Of a stretch of 64,000 nt of DNA, positions 29,286 through 39,564 are shown piece after piece. This stretch comes from a virus (taxonomy: Duplodnaviria > Caudoviricetes). Location: the IMG/VR virus record IMGVR_UViG_3300037297_000386; one strand, written 5' to 3'. The translations under genes were made by a program, and so were the position numbers. The notes below the pieces were generated by a model. That model saw only the letters and a program-made list of their open reading frames with translations, searched no databases and was not told where the DNA came from. Within the stretch, counting starts at the first letter, position 1. Each line of letters opens with the position of its first letter.

Positions 29286-30055
29286 ATGTTTTTAAAATCA
29301 CACCAATCACAGAGTCTAGTTGGAATTGGTGTCCATACATTTTCTACCATTATTTTATTCCCATATTCTATGAGAGTTTTTTCTATTTTATTTATATCTT
29401 CTATTGTGAAATCATAACTCTTCGAATTTGAATTATGTCTTAATAAAATATAAGATCCTCTAAATGATTGCATTTCGGGATATTTCTTTTTAAGCCATAA
29501 TCCATAAACGAGCAATTGAAAATCATCTATATATTGTGTGTTTTTCGTTGTTTTATAATCTATAATATGAAATCGCCCATCTCTCATTAAATCAAATCTA
29601 TCTAATAGACCACGTACTAATATTTTATCATTAAGGTAAAAGCTAAATGATGTTTCTATTCCTTGAACATTTGGTATACCTTCTTTCTTAAGCATACCTA
29701 AATATCCTAATTTTAATTCTCCATTTTCATCTAAATATTGAACGCTCAATAAATCTTTAGCTTTTTGAACAATGTTCCCACTTAATTTTGGAAATGCCTT
29801 TCTAGCTTTAATGAAAGATTTACTCATGATTTCAGCATAATCGTTTTTATTTACATATTTTTTCATACAATATTCATGAAAGAACTCCAAAGTCTTATGA
29901 CACAAATGCCCAAGGCCTAAGTGATCCCACTCTTTTCTAGGAACTCTCTCAATATAATTGAAAAAATATTTCTTTGGACATTGTTCATAAGTTTTTACAG
30001 AACTTGCGGAAAGTTTTATCAATTGTAATTTTTTAGTTTGTTTTTTAATTGTCAT
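29261..30055 (-). CDS. PD-(D/E)XK nuclease (RecB/AddB/Cas4-like)
   Basis: LSASSVKTYEQCPKKY, GLLDRFD, IIDYKT, QLLVYG, LCDWCDFKNICP (four Cys). Confidence 0.9.
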   Translation of the reverse strand: MTIKKQTKKLQLIKLSASSVKTYEQCPKKYFFNYIERVPRKEWDHLGLGHLCHKTLEFFHEYCMKKYVNKNDYAEIMSKSFIKARKAFPKLSGNIVQKAKDLLSVQYLDENGELKLGYLGMLKKEGIPNVQGIETSFSFYLNDKILVRGLLDRFDLMRDGRFHIIDYKTTKNTQYIDDFQLLVYGLWLKKKYPEMQSFRGSYILLRHNSNSKSYDFTIEDINKIEKTLIEYGNKIMVENVWTPIPTRLCDWCDFKNICPAQQTW

Positions 30056-30067
30056 ATATTATTCCTA

Positions 30068-30973
30068 TTAAATACTAGATTGTTTGCCACGATAGATCCA
30101 TTCGAATACTAGCGGCTGTCCTACAGATCTTACCCCAACATTATTCGTGCTTGTGATATCACTCGGGAGCTCTTGTATATTTCTTATATGTCTACCTTCA
30201 TTATGATCAAAATAGTAAGATACCATTACATTATTTTTAGAATTATAAAATCTTCTAACAAATCCACCACTGACATAAGTAGAATCATCAGCAGGTTCTC
30301 GAATTCTTTTACCACCAAATTCTTTGTATGGGTCATGTAATCCGCCAAATCCTCTTAATATTAATTGTAAATCATTAGATTTACGATTATCTATTAATAT
30401 CATTCTTGCATCAGGATTAAACATTTCACCAATTTCAGGGGTCGAAAATGGAACAAATCCATTATCAACTAATGACGATGTAGAATCTGGATCAGGAACC
30501 CCAACTTTAATCTCCGTACCTTCAGCAATACCTTCAAATCCGCGATCTTCTCGTATGATATCTAATGTTTCTAAATCTACATCAATAAATCTAGCTGGTG
30601 CACCCTCAGCATCATACCAATCTGGAACATCTTCACCAGTATCTGCTCTGTCTAAAATAAACCCTTCTCCTTTTATATTTCTGGCGACTGTTATTTCGCT
30701 CGTATCAGGAGCAAACACTTGGGTTAAGATGGGCCCAAATATTCCATTATTATCTACCCCAAATGCACTTAATATAACAGAATTAACGCCAGATGGCATT
30801 TCAAAGCTTCCAACATATATTGGAGAACTTGTAGTTGGAACTGTACCATCAATTGTAAAAAATATGGTTGCTGGAATATTAGAAGTAATAGACATAGTTT
30901 CCGGTATACCAGAAATTATCTCGTCATCCGATCCAGTAAATGTAAGAGTTACGACAGCCATCATTGTCCTCAA
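30068..30973 (-). CDS. Protein with a chitobiase/beta-hexosaminidase C-terminal (Fn3-like) domain
   Basis: SITSNIPATIFFTIDGTVPTTSSPIYVGSF...VILSAFGVD matches the I.YT.DG+.P...S..Y pattern. Confidence 0.65.
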   Translation of the reverse strand: MRTMMAVVTLTFTGSDDEIISGIPETMSITSNIPATIFFTIDGTVPTTSSPIYVGSFEMPSGVNSVILSAFGVDNNGIFGPILTQVFAPDTSEITVARNIKGEGFILDRADTGEDVPDWYDAEGAPARFIDVDLETLDIIREDRGFEGIAEGTEIKVGVPDPDSTSSLVDNGFVPFSTPEIGEMFNPDARMILIDNRKSNDLQLILRGFGGLHDPYKEFGGKRIREPADDSTYVSGGFVRRFYNSKNNVMVSYYFDHNEGRHIRNIQELPSDITSTNNVGVRSVGQPLVFEWIYRGKQSSI

Positions 30974-30984
30974 AAAAAATAATA

Positions 30985-31326
30985 TTATTGCACTACTCTT
31001 AAAAATCTTTCACTATTTTTAACATGCCCCTTTCTTATATATTCGCGTTGTATCCGATGCGCTAAAATTCTTAAAATAGATGCTAATCTATAATAAACAG
31101 ATTTGATTGATTTTTCATTATCATTGTTTTCACCAATATTACGAGCACGTTTAATAACAGCTTGATGCATATCCATTAACATTTCATCTGCATCATCTAT
31201 TTCATTTATGGCAATTAAGGATCTAGTAAGCATTCTATTATATGTTTCATCATCTCCATATTTAATAATACTTTGTACAAACATATTTAGCTCTTCTTCT
31301 TTTAATATATAGTGTTTGAATTCCAT
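30985..31326 (-). CDS. Hypothetical protein
   Basis: 113-aa helical ORF. Confidence 0.45.
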   Translation of the reverse strand: MEFKHYILKEEELNMFVQSIIKYGDDETYNRMLTRSLIAINEIDDADEMLMDMHQAVIKRARNIGENNDNEKSIKSVYYRLASILRILAHRIQREYIRKGHVKNSERFLRVVQ

Positions 31327-31928
31327 TGTATCTTTAACCTTTGTATTTGCTTTAATATATCTTCAAAATTAAACGCTCGATATATTTTAAATCTATCTAT
31401 TTCATTATTATATTTTCTATTTACTATAATTGTATGAATTCCATTTTTAGATGCTTCGAGGGCAGTGGACATTTTATCCTCTATTATAATAGGAATTCCA
31501 TAATTTTTGCAAAATAAAATTTTATTATGGGTAAAAAATACATTATCAACACAAATATTATGATTATTTAACCATGTATATGTATCATACTTTATTTGTT
31601 TCTGTATTTCTAACGGAAATTTTTGATCCCATTCGCCTATCCGAGCAGTTACAATAAAAATATTACACGTGTCATTAAGTTTTTTAACAAATTCAGAAGC
31701 CCCATTAAATATTGGTAATTTAACAAATCCACCCTGTTGAATCCATTTTTTACTGGCTTCATCGAGATCAACAAAATCTACTCCATGACCCCAGTCTTTA
31801 AATAAGTAACTGTGCGGTTCCGAATGTATATTCAAATTACAATTATAATTACTATTAAGATAACCAGCGAATCCCTTATAAAAATCGGCTATAACACCAT
31901 CCATATCGAGTAATACTCTTAATTTCAT
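31302..31928 (-). CDS. 5'(3')-deoxyribonucleotidase, HAD family
   Basis: VLLDMDGVIADF, IVTAR, IIIEDK. Confidence 0.85.
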   Translation of the reverse strand: MKLRVLLDMDGVIADFYKGFAGYLNSNYNCNLNIHSEPHSYLFKDWGHGVDFVDLDEASKKWIQQGGFVKLPIFNGASEFVKKLNDTCNIFIVTARIGEWDQKFPLEIQKQIKYDTYTWLNNHNICVDNVFFTHNKILFCKNYGIPIIIEDKMSTALEASKNGIHTIIVNRKYNNEIDRFKIYRAFNFEDILKQIQRLKIQWNSNTIY

Positions 31929-31929
31929 A

Positions 31930-32610
31930 TTAAATACCCTTCTGTCTTACTTCAAAATTGTCAATATATAAATGTATATTATTTTCGTATTCGGGATGGT
32001 TATACAAATCAATCAAATCCTCGGCAAAGAAGAATTTATCTAAATATTTATAAAAATTATATAAACCGTTTTTATTATTGTATATATAACGTAATTGAGA
32101 TTTTTTATGCTTCATAAATTCAATAATCATATTTTTTGGCAACTTAGATCCTACTAAATATCCATTGCGATCGAAGTCTTCCAAACATTCACACTTCACC
32201 CAATATATTCGCTTCAATATCGCATTAATATCCGAAAAAGCTTGAAATTCTTCTGGAGTACGAATATCTGTAATAATTATAGAATTTTTTGAAACTTCTG
32301 CTCTATTTATTACTTTATCTATAAAATATCTGGAGTTATTCTTCTTTTTTTCTGCACTAAAATTCCATAATTTATTTCTTAATTCTTCAATATTTCCGGC
32401 TATTTTGGCGGCTTCAAAATCTTCTTTACTTATCCCAAATTCATCCTTAATTTGATCAGCAAAAGCCATCTGAGTGAAATTCCGATTTTCTGTTAAAAAA
32501 TTTGCTACAGCATCTTTACCAACTCGCAGTCTGCCAATTAGACCATACATTCGTTTAAACGGAAACATATCATTATAACTCCTCTTTATTAATAGATAAT
32601 ATTTGTTCAA
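31930..32610 (-). CDS. Deoxynucleoside monophosphate kinase (T4 gp1-like)
   Basis: P-loop GRLRVGKD, MAFADQIK, IIITDIRTPEE. Confidence 0.75.
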   Translation of the reverse strand: MNKYYLLIKRSYNDMFPFKRMYGLIGRLRVGKDAVANFLTENRNFTQMAFADQIKDEFGISKEDFEAAKIAGNIEELRNKLWNFSAEKKKNNSRYFIDKVINRAEVSKNSIIITDIRTPEEFQAFSDINAILKRIYWVKCECLEDFDRNGYLVGSKLPKNMIIEFMKHKKSQLRYIYNNKNGLYNFYKYLDKFFFAEDLIDLYNHPEYENNIHLYIDNFEVRQKGI

Positions 32611-35600
32611 AAATGCACGTAACTGCCATTTTGAGTCTTATTAACTGTAATGATATCCTCAAAAGATTCCTTTAAGCGCTCATTATGTGTAATAATTAAT
32701 ATTTTCATATCATTACTTAATAATTTTACTATATTAATAAACATTTGTAACCCATTATTATCGAGATTAGAACTTACTTCATCCAATAATAAGAATTTGA
32801 TAGATCCTCCCATACGATTTGATAATATATTACTTAATGCCAGTCTTATAGCTAATGAAATTCTAAATTGTTCGCCACCGCTAAATGTTTCAAAATCATC
32901 AACTCTAGAACCAGATTTTACAATTATATCAAATGTCTCTGACCAGGATCCAGCGTCGGTTTGTTTCTGTGTCCGTATAGAAATAGATGTTGGTTCGTTA
33001 CATATTTTTGTCAATGTTTCGTTCGAATAGTTCTCTAATTCTTCTATTATATTTTCAATAATTACAGATTGGACACCATCTTTTCCAAAATAACCGCGGA
33101 GTTTTGTATAAATAGAATAGGAATTTTTTAATTTATCGATCTCAATTCTTAATGCTTTCTGTCTTTTGCATAATTTTATAAGTTCTTTATACTTTCTCTG
33201 CTGGCCACCGTATTCAATATTTAATTGATCAATTTGCTTTTTAAAATTAGATGCTCTTTCTTCAAGGTCTTTTATATTTATTTCCAAAGATTTCCTGGAT
33301 ATTTCATTGGAATGAATCTTTAATTTATTTATCTGCTCTTCTAATGCTACACAATTTATTGATAGCCGTTCTTTTAAAAGACGTTTATTGGATCCAATAC
33401 TATCGTTTATTTCAGTTTGCCAATTATAGATTTTTATCTCTGATTTTGCTTTGTCGAGTTCTGCTTTATTTCCTATATTTATTAATTTTTCTTTTTTCTT
33501 GAGAGAATGTTCTGCACGATTTAATTTGTTTTTTATTTCATAATATTTTTTTTCTGACTCATGTAATTGTTTTTCATTTCGTTCGATTATTTCAAAAATT
33601 TCTTTTTTAGTTAATGGTTTTTCACAAATACTACATTTATTATTTTCTAATTTTATATCTTTTTTGAGATCCTGTATATGCTGTGATATAATTTGTGCTT
33701 TTGTGTAACCACGCAATATTTTAGATTTTAAACTATCAATAGAAATATTTTTCTTGTCTTTTATTCTACTATCTAATATTTTAATATATTGTTGGCATTC
33801 AGCTATACTATTGGTATTATATTTTATTATATTTTCATTATCAGAAATTTTTTTGTTTATTTCCTGTTTTCTCTTTCTTGCTAAACCAAGATCACGTCTT
33901 AATTTTTTTAAGATATCATTAATATTATTATCACCATATAATGATTTAAATTTATGTGTTTTGCAAACAATATCAGAGTTTAATTTTATATATTCGTCAT
34001 TAAGGTCACTGATTTGTTTCTTAATTTGGGTTATAGATTTTTTACAAATTATTTTCTCTTCTTCTAATTTATTTATATGTACTAATTGTTTTTCTTTTTC
34101 ACCAATTTTTATAGAAAATGTTTTAACATATTCTTTGGCTCTTTTTTGATATTCGTCCCATTTATCCATCCTTAATAAAGATTTCAATATATCTTTCCGT
34201 TTGCTTGGGCTAGATGATGCAAACATAGAAATATCGTCTTGTTTAAAATATACCGAGTTAATGAATATTTCATAATTAAATCCAATAATAATAGCAATTT
34301 TTCTATCAGTCGCAGAATTAGTATCACATGATATACTATCAAATTGCTGTCCATTCCATTGTTCAAATATTACATCCGACTCTCTTATAACTTTATCTCT
34401 AGTGCGTTTGATTTTGTACAGATTAGTACCAACTTCAAATATGAATTCTACTCTGCAAGCTCTTTTATCCCATTTAACAACACCATCTGCTTTTTTATGT
34501 CTTGATTTTCCAAATAAAACCCAGGCTATTGACTCAAAAATAGCTGAATTGTGGGTTATAAATCCATTAAGAGCGTATAATTTTGTATCATTGTCTATCT
34601 GAATATCATACGTATAATCTTCTCCAACTGGTTCTATACTTTTTATTTTACACCAAATTAAATTGGATGTAGCCAATTTATATAATTTTTCGGACCTTAA
34701 TATATTAGCATATTTTAATAATTTATTTCTACTAATATTTTTAGTTTTAATTTGTGTTTTTGTTAAATTAAGGCCAATTTTTTTTACCTTATGTGTGGTT
34801 TCAAACTTCTTATATTCATCATACAAAAAGTTAGACGGAATAATGTCAAAATTTGGATTACTATATGTGTCTAAATAATTATTGTATATTCTTTGTAATT
34901 TTTGTTTCTTATTTCCAATTATATGCCGGGCGACCAATTTATAAAAATTAATAAAATTTTCCTTGTGAACACCTATTGTTAATATCCAGGAATCAAATCT
35001 TTTGATTCTTCTAAATCTTTTGTGTGTTATAATACCTCTTTGTTGAAATAACGCCTGTAAATCATCTATTAATTTTTCGGATCTCAAACCTATAGAAACT
35101 TCTTTATTACCATTTTCTTTAATGTCTGCTACAAACCCGCCACAACTTATAAACATTCCCAAGAAAGCACCAACTAAATTGTTGTCTAATTGAAAAATGC
35201 ACTCAGGCAAACATTTATATACTGATTTCTCAAAAATATCATGTTTGGTTAAAAAGTTTTTTATAATTTTAATAGGATGACGTTTTTTATTAAGCTTATT
35301 GACTTCTTCATCTTTTACTGAAGCCGATGTATTTAATTGATTACAAGCTTGCAATTTTTTGGCCATAGACACAATATCTTTATCCGTATTAATAAATTTT
35401 ATCGAATCTCTCGTTAATCCCACTTTTGCCAAATGTAATGCTAAAATTTGTACTTCTTCTTTAGATAATAAGTTTTTAAAATTAATAGGCATTAAACTTC
35501 TTGGCTGAGCTACAAAATCTCCAACTTTCAATTTATCCGCTCTAACAGTCTTAAGATTATTTGTAAATACCGGATGAGATATAGATACAATTTCGCTAAT

Positions 35601-35969
35601 TCCATTTTGAGTTGTTATTTTTAATAAATTCTTTTTTCCGGATCGCTTAATACAAAGAATTTTGGTTGGAGATAATGTAAGATCTGCATTTAAACCATAA
35701 ACATTAAAATCCTTTATGTTATTATTAAATAAATCTTCTATTGTTCTCCTACATCCAGTTAAAGCGTCGGTCAATATAGTATTTTTATGAAGACATTTTC
35801 CAGACCCATTACTTTGATCGGATTCATTATCATAATTACCTAAAATTAATGCTATATTAAATTTATCAAAATCTATACTAGATGTATTATGAGATAAAAA
35901 ATTTTCCATTTTAAGATGTTTCGGAATCATATTATTTGCCTTCGACCTCCGATATAATATTGTGTGCAA
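32607..35969 (-). CDS. sbcC: SbcC/Rad50 ATPase with an intein in Walker A
   Basis: MENFLSH, NGSGK-intein-SAIFESIAW, CSIC zinc hook, signature FSGGE, Walker B LLLDEV, ITH. Confidence 0.95.
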   Translation of the reverse strand: MHTILYRRSKANNMIPKHLKMENFLSHNTSSIDFDKFNIALILGNYDNESDQSNGSGKCLHKNTILTDALTGCRRTIEDLFNNNIKDFNVYGLNADLTLSPTKILCIKRSGKKNLLKITTQNGISEIVSISHPVFTNNLKTVRADKLKVGDFVAQPRSLMPINFKNLLSKEEVQILALHLAKVGLTRDSIKFINTDKDIVSMAKKLQACNQLNTSASVKDEEVNKLNKKRHPIKIIKNFLTKHDIFEKSVYKCLPECIFQLDNNLVGAFLGMFISCGGFVADIKENGNKEVSIGLRSEKLIDDLQALFQQRGIITHKRFRRIKRFDSWILTIGVHKENFINFYKLVARHIIGNKKQKLQRIYNNYLDTYSNPNFDIIPSNFLYDEYKKFETTHKVKKIGLNLTKTQIKTKNISRNKLLKYANILRSEKLYKLATSNLIWCKIKSIEPVGEDYTYDIQIDNDTKLYALNGFITHNSAIFESIAWVLFGKSRHKKADGVVKWDKRACRVEFIFEVGTNLYKIKRTRDKVIRESDVIFEQWNGQQFDSISCDTNSATDRKIAIIIGFNYEIFINSVYFKQDDISMFASSSPSKRKDILKSLLRMDKWDEYQKRAKEYVKTFSIKIGEKEKQLVHINKLEEEKIICKKSITQIKKQISDLNDEYIKLNSDIVCKTHKFKSLYGDNNINDILKKLRRDLGLARKRKQEINKKISDNENIIKYNTNSIAECQQYIKILDSRIKDKKNISIDSLKSKILRGYTKAQIISQHIQDLKKDIKLENNKCSICEKPLTKKEIFEIIERNEKQLHESEKKYYEIKNKLNRAEHSLKKKEKLINIGNKAELDKAKSEIKIYNWQTEINDSIGSNKRLLKERLSINCVALEEQINKLKIHSNEISRKSLEINIKDLEERASNFKKQIDQLNIEYGGQQRKYKELIKLCKRQKALRIEIDKLKNSYSIYTKLRGYFGKDGVQSVIIENIIEELENYSNETLTKICNEPTSISIRTQKQTDAGSWSETFDIIVKSGSRVDDFETFSGGEQFRISLAIRLALSNILSNRMGGSIKFLLLDEVSSNLDNNGLQMFINIVKLLSNDMKILIITHNERLKESFEDIITVNKTQNGSYVHF
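34548..35795 (-). mobile_element. Intein, 416 aa, with a degenerate LAGLIDADG domain
   Basis: Begins CLHKNTILTD directly after the Walker A Lys, ends YTYDIQI...YALNGFITHN followed by Ser; block B SISHPVF. Confidence 0.93.
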
Positions 35970-37137
35970 ATTTAATTAATTTACGTTTAATTTGTTCGGG
36001 TTCAATTAATGATCGTATAAAGGAAGTCATAGCTTTTTTACCACTAATAGTTTCGGTAATTTTATTATTACGTAATTGTCTAGAATTCGTGGATAAGATT
36101 TCAATTGTAGACAAATGTTGCACTTTTTTAGAAATAATATGTCTTTTTATTTTATCTTGATTAACATAACAATGATCATTACGTCTTATTTTAACAATTA
36201 ATTTTACAATGGACCCTTTCAATTTTCGACGCATATCAAATTTATTTATATCAAGTATTATTCTATCTGTTATTTGATTTTTATAATCTCTTTTAGCGTT
36301 CGAATAATCAAAATTTATTTCATATAAATTTCGAATTTTATTTTTTATAATTTCTGGGTTTTTAATATTATTAGTATCAAATATAATACTAACTTTTGTG
36401 TGATGTTTTTCTCCAAATGAAATTTTTTCCATGGATCCAGAATACATTATTAATGGATTTTTTGATAATATAGCATGTCCATGAACATGCCCCATAATAA
36501 CAGCATCAAAATTCTTGAACATTTTAATTGGCAAAATAAGTTCATTTATACTAAATGAATCTGGATTTTCACCGGTAACAGCTTTGTCTATCATAAAATG
36601 TCCTATAACTATAATATTATCATCATTATTTAGATTTTTACATATTTTGACCAAATTATCATCTATTTTTTTAATGGCTTCGGAATTAGTTTTTGTTCCA
36701 ATCATCCTTCTATCTCTGTATGGCATCAATATGCAATGCGTCTTATGCTTATCTTCATCGATAGTATATATACCAAAATCAGAATACACATGAACATTAG
36801 GTATTTTTAACGATTCAAACATATCTACGGTCGTAGTAGAAATTGTTCTTTGTTGGTCATGATTTCCAACAACAATAACAACACCCATATTATTGTTTGT
36901 AATCTTATTTAAATATTTTGATAAGACATTTAATTGAGCTGATGTGGGATGTCTAGTATCAAAAATATCACCAGTTAAAATTATTAATTCAACATTTCTG
37001 CTAATAAATTCATCTATTATATTATCAAATGTATTAGAAAAGTCTATTAATCGTGAATTAAGCTGCGTTTTTGGATCTAATTTGCCTAAACTATATCCAG
37101 ATCCGATGTGTAAATCGCCTATAATACCTATTTTCAT
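35932..37137 (-). CDS. sbcD: SbcD/Mre11 nuclease
   Basis: IGDLHIG, TGDIFD, VGNHD, GHF, MGHVH, YSGS metallophosphoesterase motifs; next to sbcC. Confidence 0.95.
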   Translation of the reverse strand: MKIGIIGDLHIGSGYSLGKLDPKTQLNSRLIDFSNTFDNIIDEFISRNVELIILTGDIFDTRHPTSAQLNVLSKYLNKITNNNMGVVIVVGNHDQQRTISTTTVDMFESLKIPNVHVYSDFGIYTIDEDKHKTHCILMPYRDRRMIGTKTNSEAIKKIDDNLVKICKNLNNDDNIIVIGHFMIDKAVTGENPDSFSINELILPIKMFKNFDAVIMGHVHGHAILSKNPLIMYSGSMEKISFGEKHHTKVSIIFDTNNIKNPEIIKNKIRNLYEINFDYSNAKRDYKNQITDRIILDINKFDMRRKLKGSIVKLIVKIRRNDHCYVNQDKIKRHIISKKVQHLSTIEILSTNSRQLRNNKITETISGKKAMTSFIRSLIEPEQIKRKLIKFAHNIISEVEGK

Positions 37138-37140
37138 ATT

Positions 37141-37770
37141 TTAAGTTCTCTTCAAAAATTCTACTACTTCATTATAGTAATCCTTAGCTATTTTCCAATC
37201 ATCGTTATCCAATTCATCTAAATATTTATCTAGTTTTATAAATTGCGTGTCGGCCCATTGTTTCCATTCATCATATTCTATTTTACTTTTTATGGAATAC
37301 AAAAATTCTCTTATTTTAACTCCAGTTCTAAATATATGTGTAGAGACTTTATGTTCTGGATTATGCTCTTTTATACTTGGTATATTATTTAAATCACTTA
37401 TTGTATTATCATTATTAATAAGTCCAATAGTTTTAGCCAACCATTTGGCGGATTCATAAAATGGCCTACCATCATGTAAGCTAACCATGTTTATAACATT
37501 TCCCCCATTATTACATCCAAAACAATAAAATCCACCAGTATCTTCCGACACAAAAAAGGAAGCCGTCCTTTCGTTACCGCCGGCGTGCGATGGGAATGGA
37601 CATTTCATTCGATGTGTAAATTCTCCCGTCCGACATGCAGAATATTTAATTCCCCATTTATCTAATATGTCTAAAATATTGATTTTGTCAAGAATTATAT
37701 CGATAAATCCATCTATTTCCAGAAATGGTTCATCAATTTTATCCCAATCACATTCTGACATTTTACGCAT
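37141..37770 (-). CDS. Stand-alone primase CHC2 zinc-binding domain protein
   Basis: CPFPSH...ERTASF...FYCFGC..GGNVI....DG..FYESAKWLA. Confidence 0.88.
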   Translation of the reverse strand: MRKMSECDWDKIDEPFLEIDGFIDIILDKINILDILDKWGIKYSACRTGEFTHRMKCPFPSHAGGNERTASFFVSEDTGGFYCFGCNNGGNVINMVSLHDGRPFYESAKWLAKTIGLINNDNTISDLNNIPSIKEHNPEHKVSTHIFRTGVKIREFLYSIKSKIEYDEWKQWADTQFIKLDKYLDELDNDDWKIAKDYYNEVVEFLKRT

Positions 37771-37772
37771 CC

Positions 37773-38849
37773 TTAATAAATAATTTCTTTCTCACACTTA
37801 TGCTTAGTCTCAAATCCTTTACATATTTCTTGTACTTCCCTTGGTGTAATATAGGATCCTTGGAACCTTAACATACTGTGTCCCACAGAGTCCAATATAG
37901 CATCTCCTCGGCCTAATAATTTTTCCGCACCATTTCGGCCTAAAATAACTCTACTGTCGACAGCAGAAGAAACTCTCATGCTTATTCGTGCTGGAAAATT
38001 AGCTTTAATTAAACCAGTTACGACATCCGCTGACGGTCTTTGAGTAGCTATTATAATATGTATTCCACAAGCACGAGCTTTTTGGGCTAATAAGGAAATA
38101 TATTTTTGGAAATCTTTTTTAGATGTTTGTATAAGATCCGAGAACTCATCTATTATAACAACCAAGTAAGGCATAAATTCCTTCTTCCGAAAAAATCTCA
38201 CGAATCTGTTTTGTTTAATTTCATTAAAAGATTTAATATTGTTGACCGAATACTTTTCCATTCGAGAAAATCTATTTTCCATTTCACTTACTAAATCTTT
38301 AAGAACTATTAATGCATCTTCGAAGTCAGTAATAATTGGATATTTAAGATGTTTTATTTTATTATAATAAGTAAATTCAACTTTTTTGGGATCTATTAAT
38401 GCAAGCCTTATTCCTTTGTCGAATTTCATTAAACCCGAAAGTATTGAATGTAATAAAATAGACTTCCCTGATCCTGTAGCACCAGCTATTAATAAATGTG
38501 GCATTGAAGCTAAATCTACAATTAAATCATTTCCATTATAAGATTTACCCAATACTAATGGAACCTCACAATCAACTGTTTCCAAGTTATCTATAACTTT
38601 ATCAAACAATACAGTTTCAATCCGATTACTCAATACTTCTATTTCGACTAATCCTTTATCTAATAAGGTTTTAATAATAGGTTTGCCGTACACTTTAAGC
38701 CCAAGTGCTATTTCAGTTGAACAATTTTCAATCTTGGATACTTTGGTGCCCGGTCTCAATCTCAGAAAGTATTTTGTCATAGTTCCGTTGGTTTGAGTTT
38801 CCACTACGTCTGCTTTGATTTTCAACTGATCCAATATGTTCTGTATCAT
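37773..38849 (-). CDS. ftsK: FtsK/SpoIIIE motor domain protein (no membrane or gamma domain)
   Basis: MPHLLIAGATGSGKS, LIDPKKVEF, EMENRF, VIIDEFSDL, ARACGIHIIIATQRPS, GAEKLLGRGD. Confidence 0.93.
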   Translation of the reverse strand: MIQNILDQLKIKADVVETQTNGTMTKYFLRLRPGTKVSKIENCSTEIALGLKVYGKPIIKTLLDKGLVEIEVLSNRIETVLFDKVIDNLETVDCEVPLVLGKSYNGNDLIVDLASMPHLLIAGATGSGKSILLHSILSGLMKFDKGIRLALIDPKKVEFTYYNKIKHLKYPIITDFEDALIVLKDLVSEMENRFSRMEKYSVNNIKSFNEIKQNRFVRFFRKKEFMPYLVVIIDEFSDLIQTSKKDFQKYISLLAQKARACGIHIIIATQRPSADVVTGLIKANFPARISMRVSSAVDSRVILGRNGAEKLLGRGDAILDSVGHSMLRFQGSYITPREVQEICKGFETKHKCEKEIIY

Positions 38850-39027
38850 ATATCACTTCCATGTTTAAATTTAAATTACCAGTTACCATTAAACAATATG
38901 CTATTATCAATAAAGGAACGACTACTGGAGCAGCCCAATAAATTATTTTCCACATACCCACACCAATCCGAATTATAAAGGCCAAAACCAATAAACATGC
39001 TAATCCTATGATTATTGCATTTAACAT
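38728..39027 (-). CDS. Small membrane protein with two hydrophobic segments
   Basis: IIIGLACLLVLAFII and AAPVVVPLLIIAYCLMV; 3-prime end overlaps ftsK. Confidence 0.5.
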   Translation of the reverse strand: MLNAIIIGLACLLVLAFIIRIGVGMWKIIYWAAPVVVPLLIIAYCLMVTGNLNLNMEVIYDTEHIGSVENQSRRSGNSNQRNYDKILSEIETGHQSIQD

Positions 39028-39251
39028 TGTATCCTCTGTATTTCTTCATAAATTAATTCCATAATTTCAATCTTAGCATCATAAACTTGGGATAATATTT
39101 TTGACACATCCTCAAATGCTATAGTTTTCCCAATAGATTTTTTCATCATAGATAATAACTTAGCATGCTCATCCTGAGTTCTAATCATAAGATTAGATAA
39201 AAATAACTTAAGTTGTTCTAATTCTTTACTTTTATTTGACACTTTTATCAC
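39021..39251 (-). CDS. Hypothetical helical protein
   Basis: 76-aa ORF overlapping its downstream neighbour. Confidence 0.4.
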   Translation of the reverse strand: MIKVSNKSKELEQLKLFLSNLMIRTQDEHAKLLSMMKKSIGKTIAFEDVSKILSQVYDAKIEIMELIYEEIQRIQC

Positions 39252-39564
39252 CAGTCTTCAATTTTATATTATACATGAATTTATAAATATTATATTTAAG
39301 TTCATTTACTCCGTTTCAAACTAACAATCTTTCTCCTCCATTTCGATTGGTAAATATATGCTTTCTAATAATTTATATATTTCTTCTTCTTACGACGCAT
39401 TCGACAAATTATATTTATTGCCAATTCTATATTCTACCACAACCAGGAGTATAATTATTATTACTGTGCCAATCATATATCTGTGTCAAAACTTTCATAG
39501 CATCTTTTGAATTTTTTGTCTTACCTATAATTTATTTAATAATAATTATTAATTTTAAATGATC

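Noticed and set aside
29261-30055. Cas4 as part of a CRISPR system
   Set aside because: No cas1, cas2 or array nearby; it fits a stand-alone phage PD-(D/E)XK exonuclease.
38728-38860. Membrane ORF and ftsK as one gene broken by a sequencing error
   Set aside because: The ftsK frame has a TGA just before its ATG, leaving only a few bases for a shift, and there is no homopolymer there.
39300-39530. DNA polymerase X remnant (EEEIYKLLESIYLPIEMEE)
   Set aside because: Only a short resemblance to the PolX C-terminal EEEIF..LGL.YIPPE motif; upstream frames have several stops and no other PolX motif.
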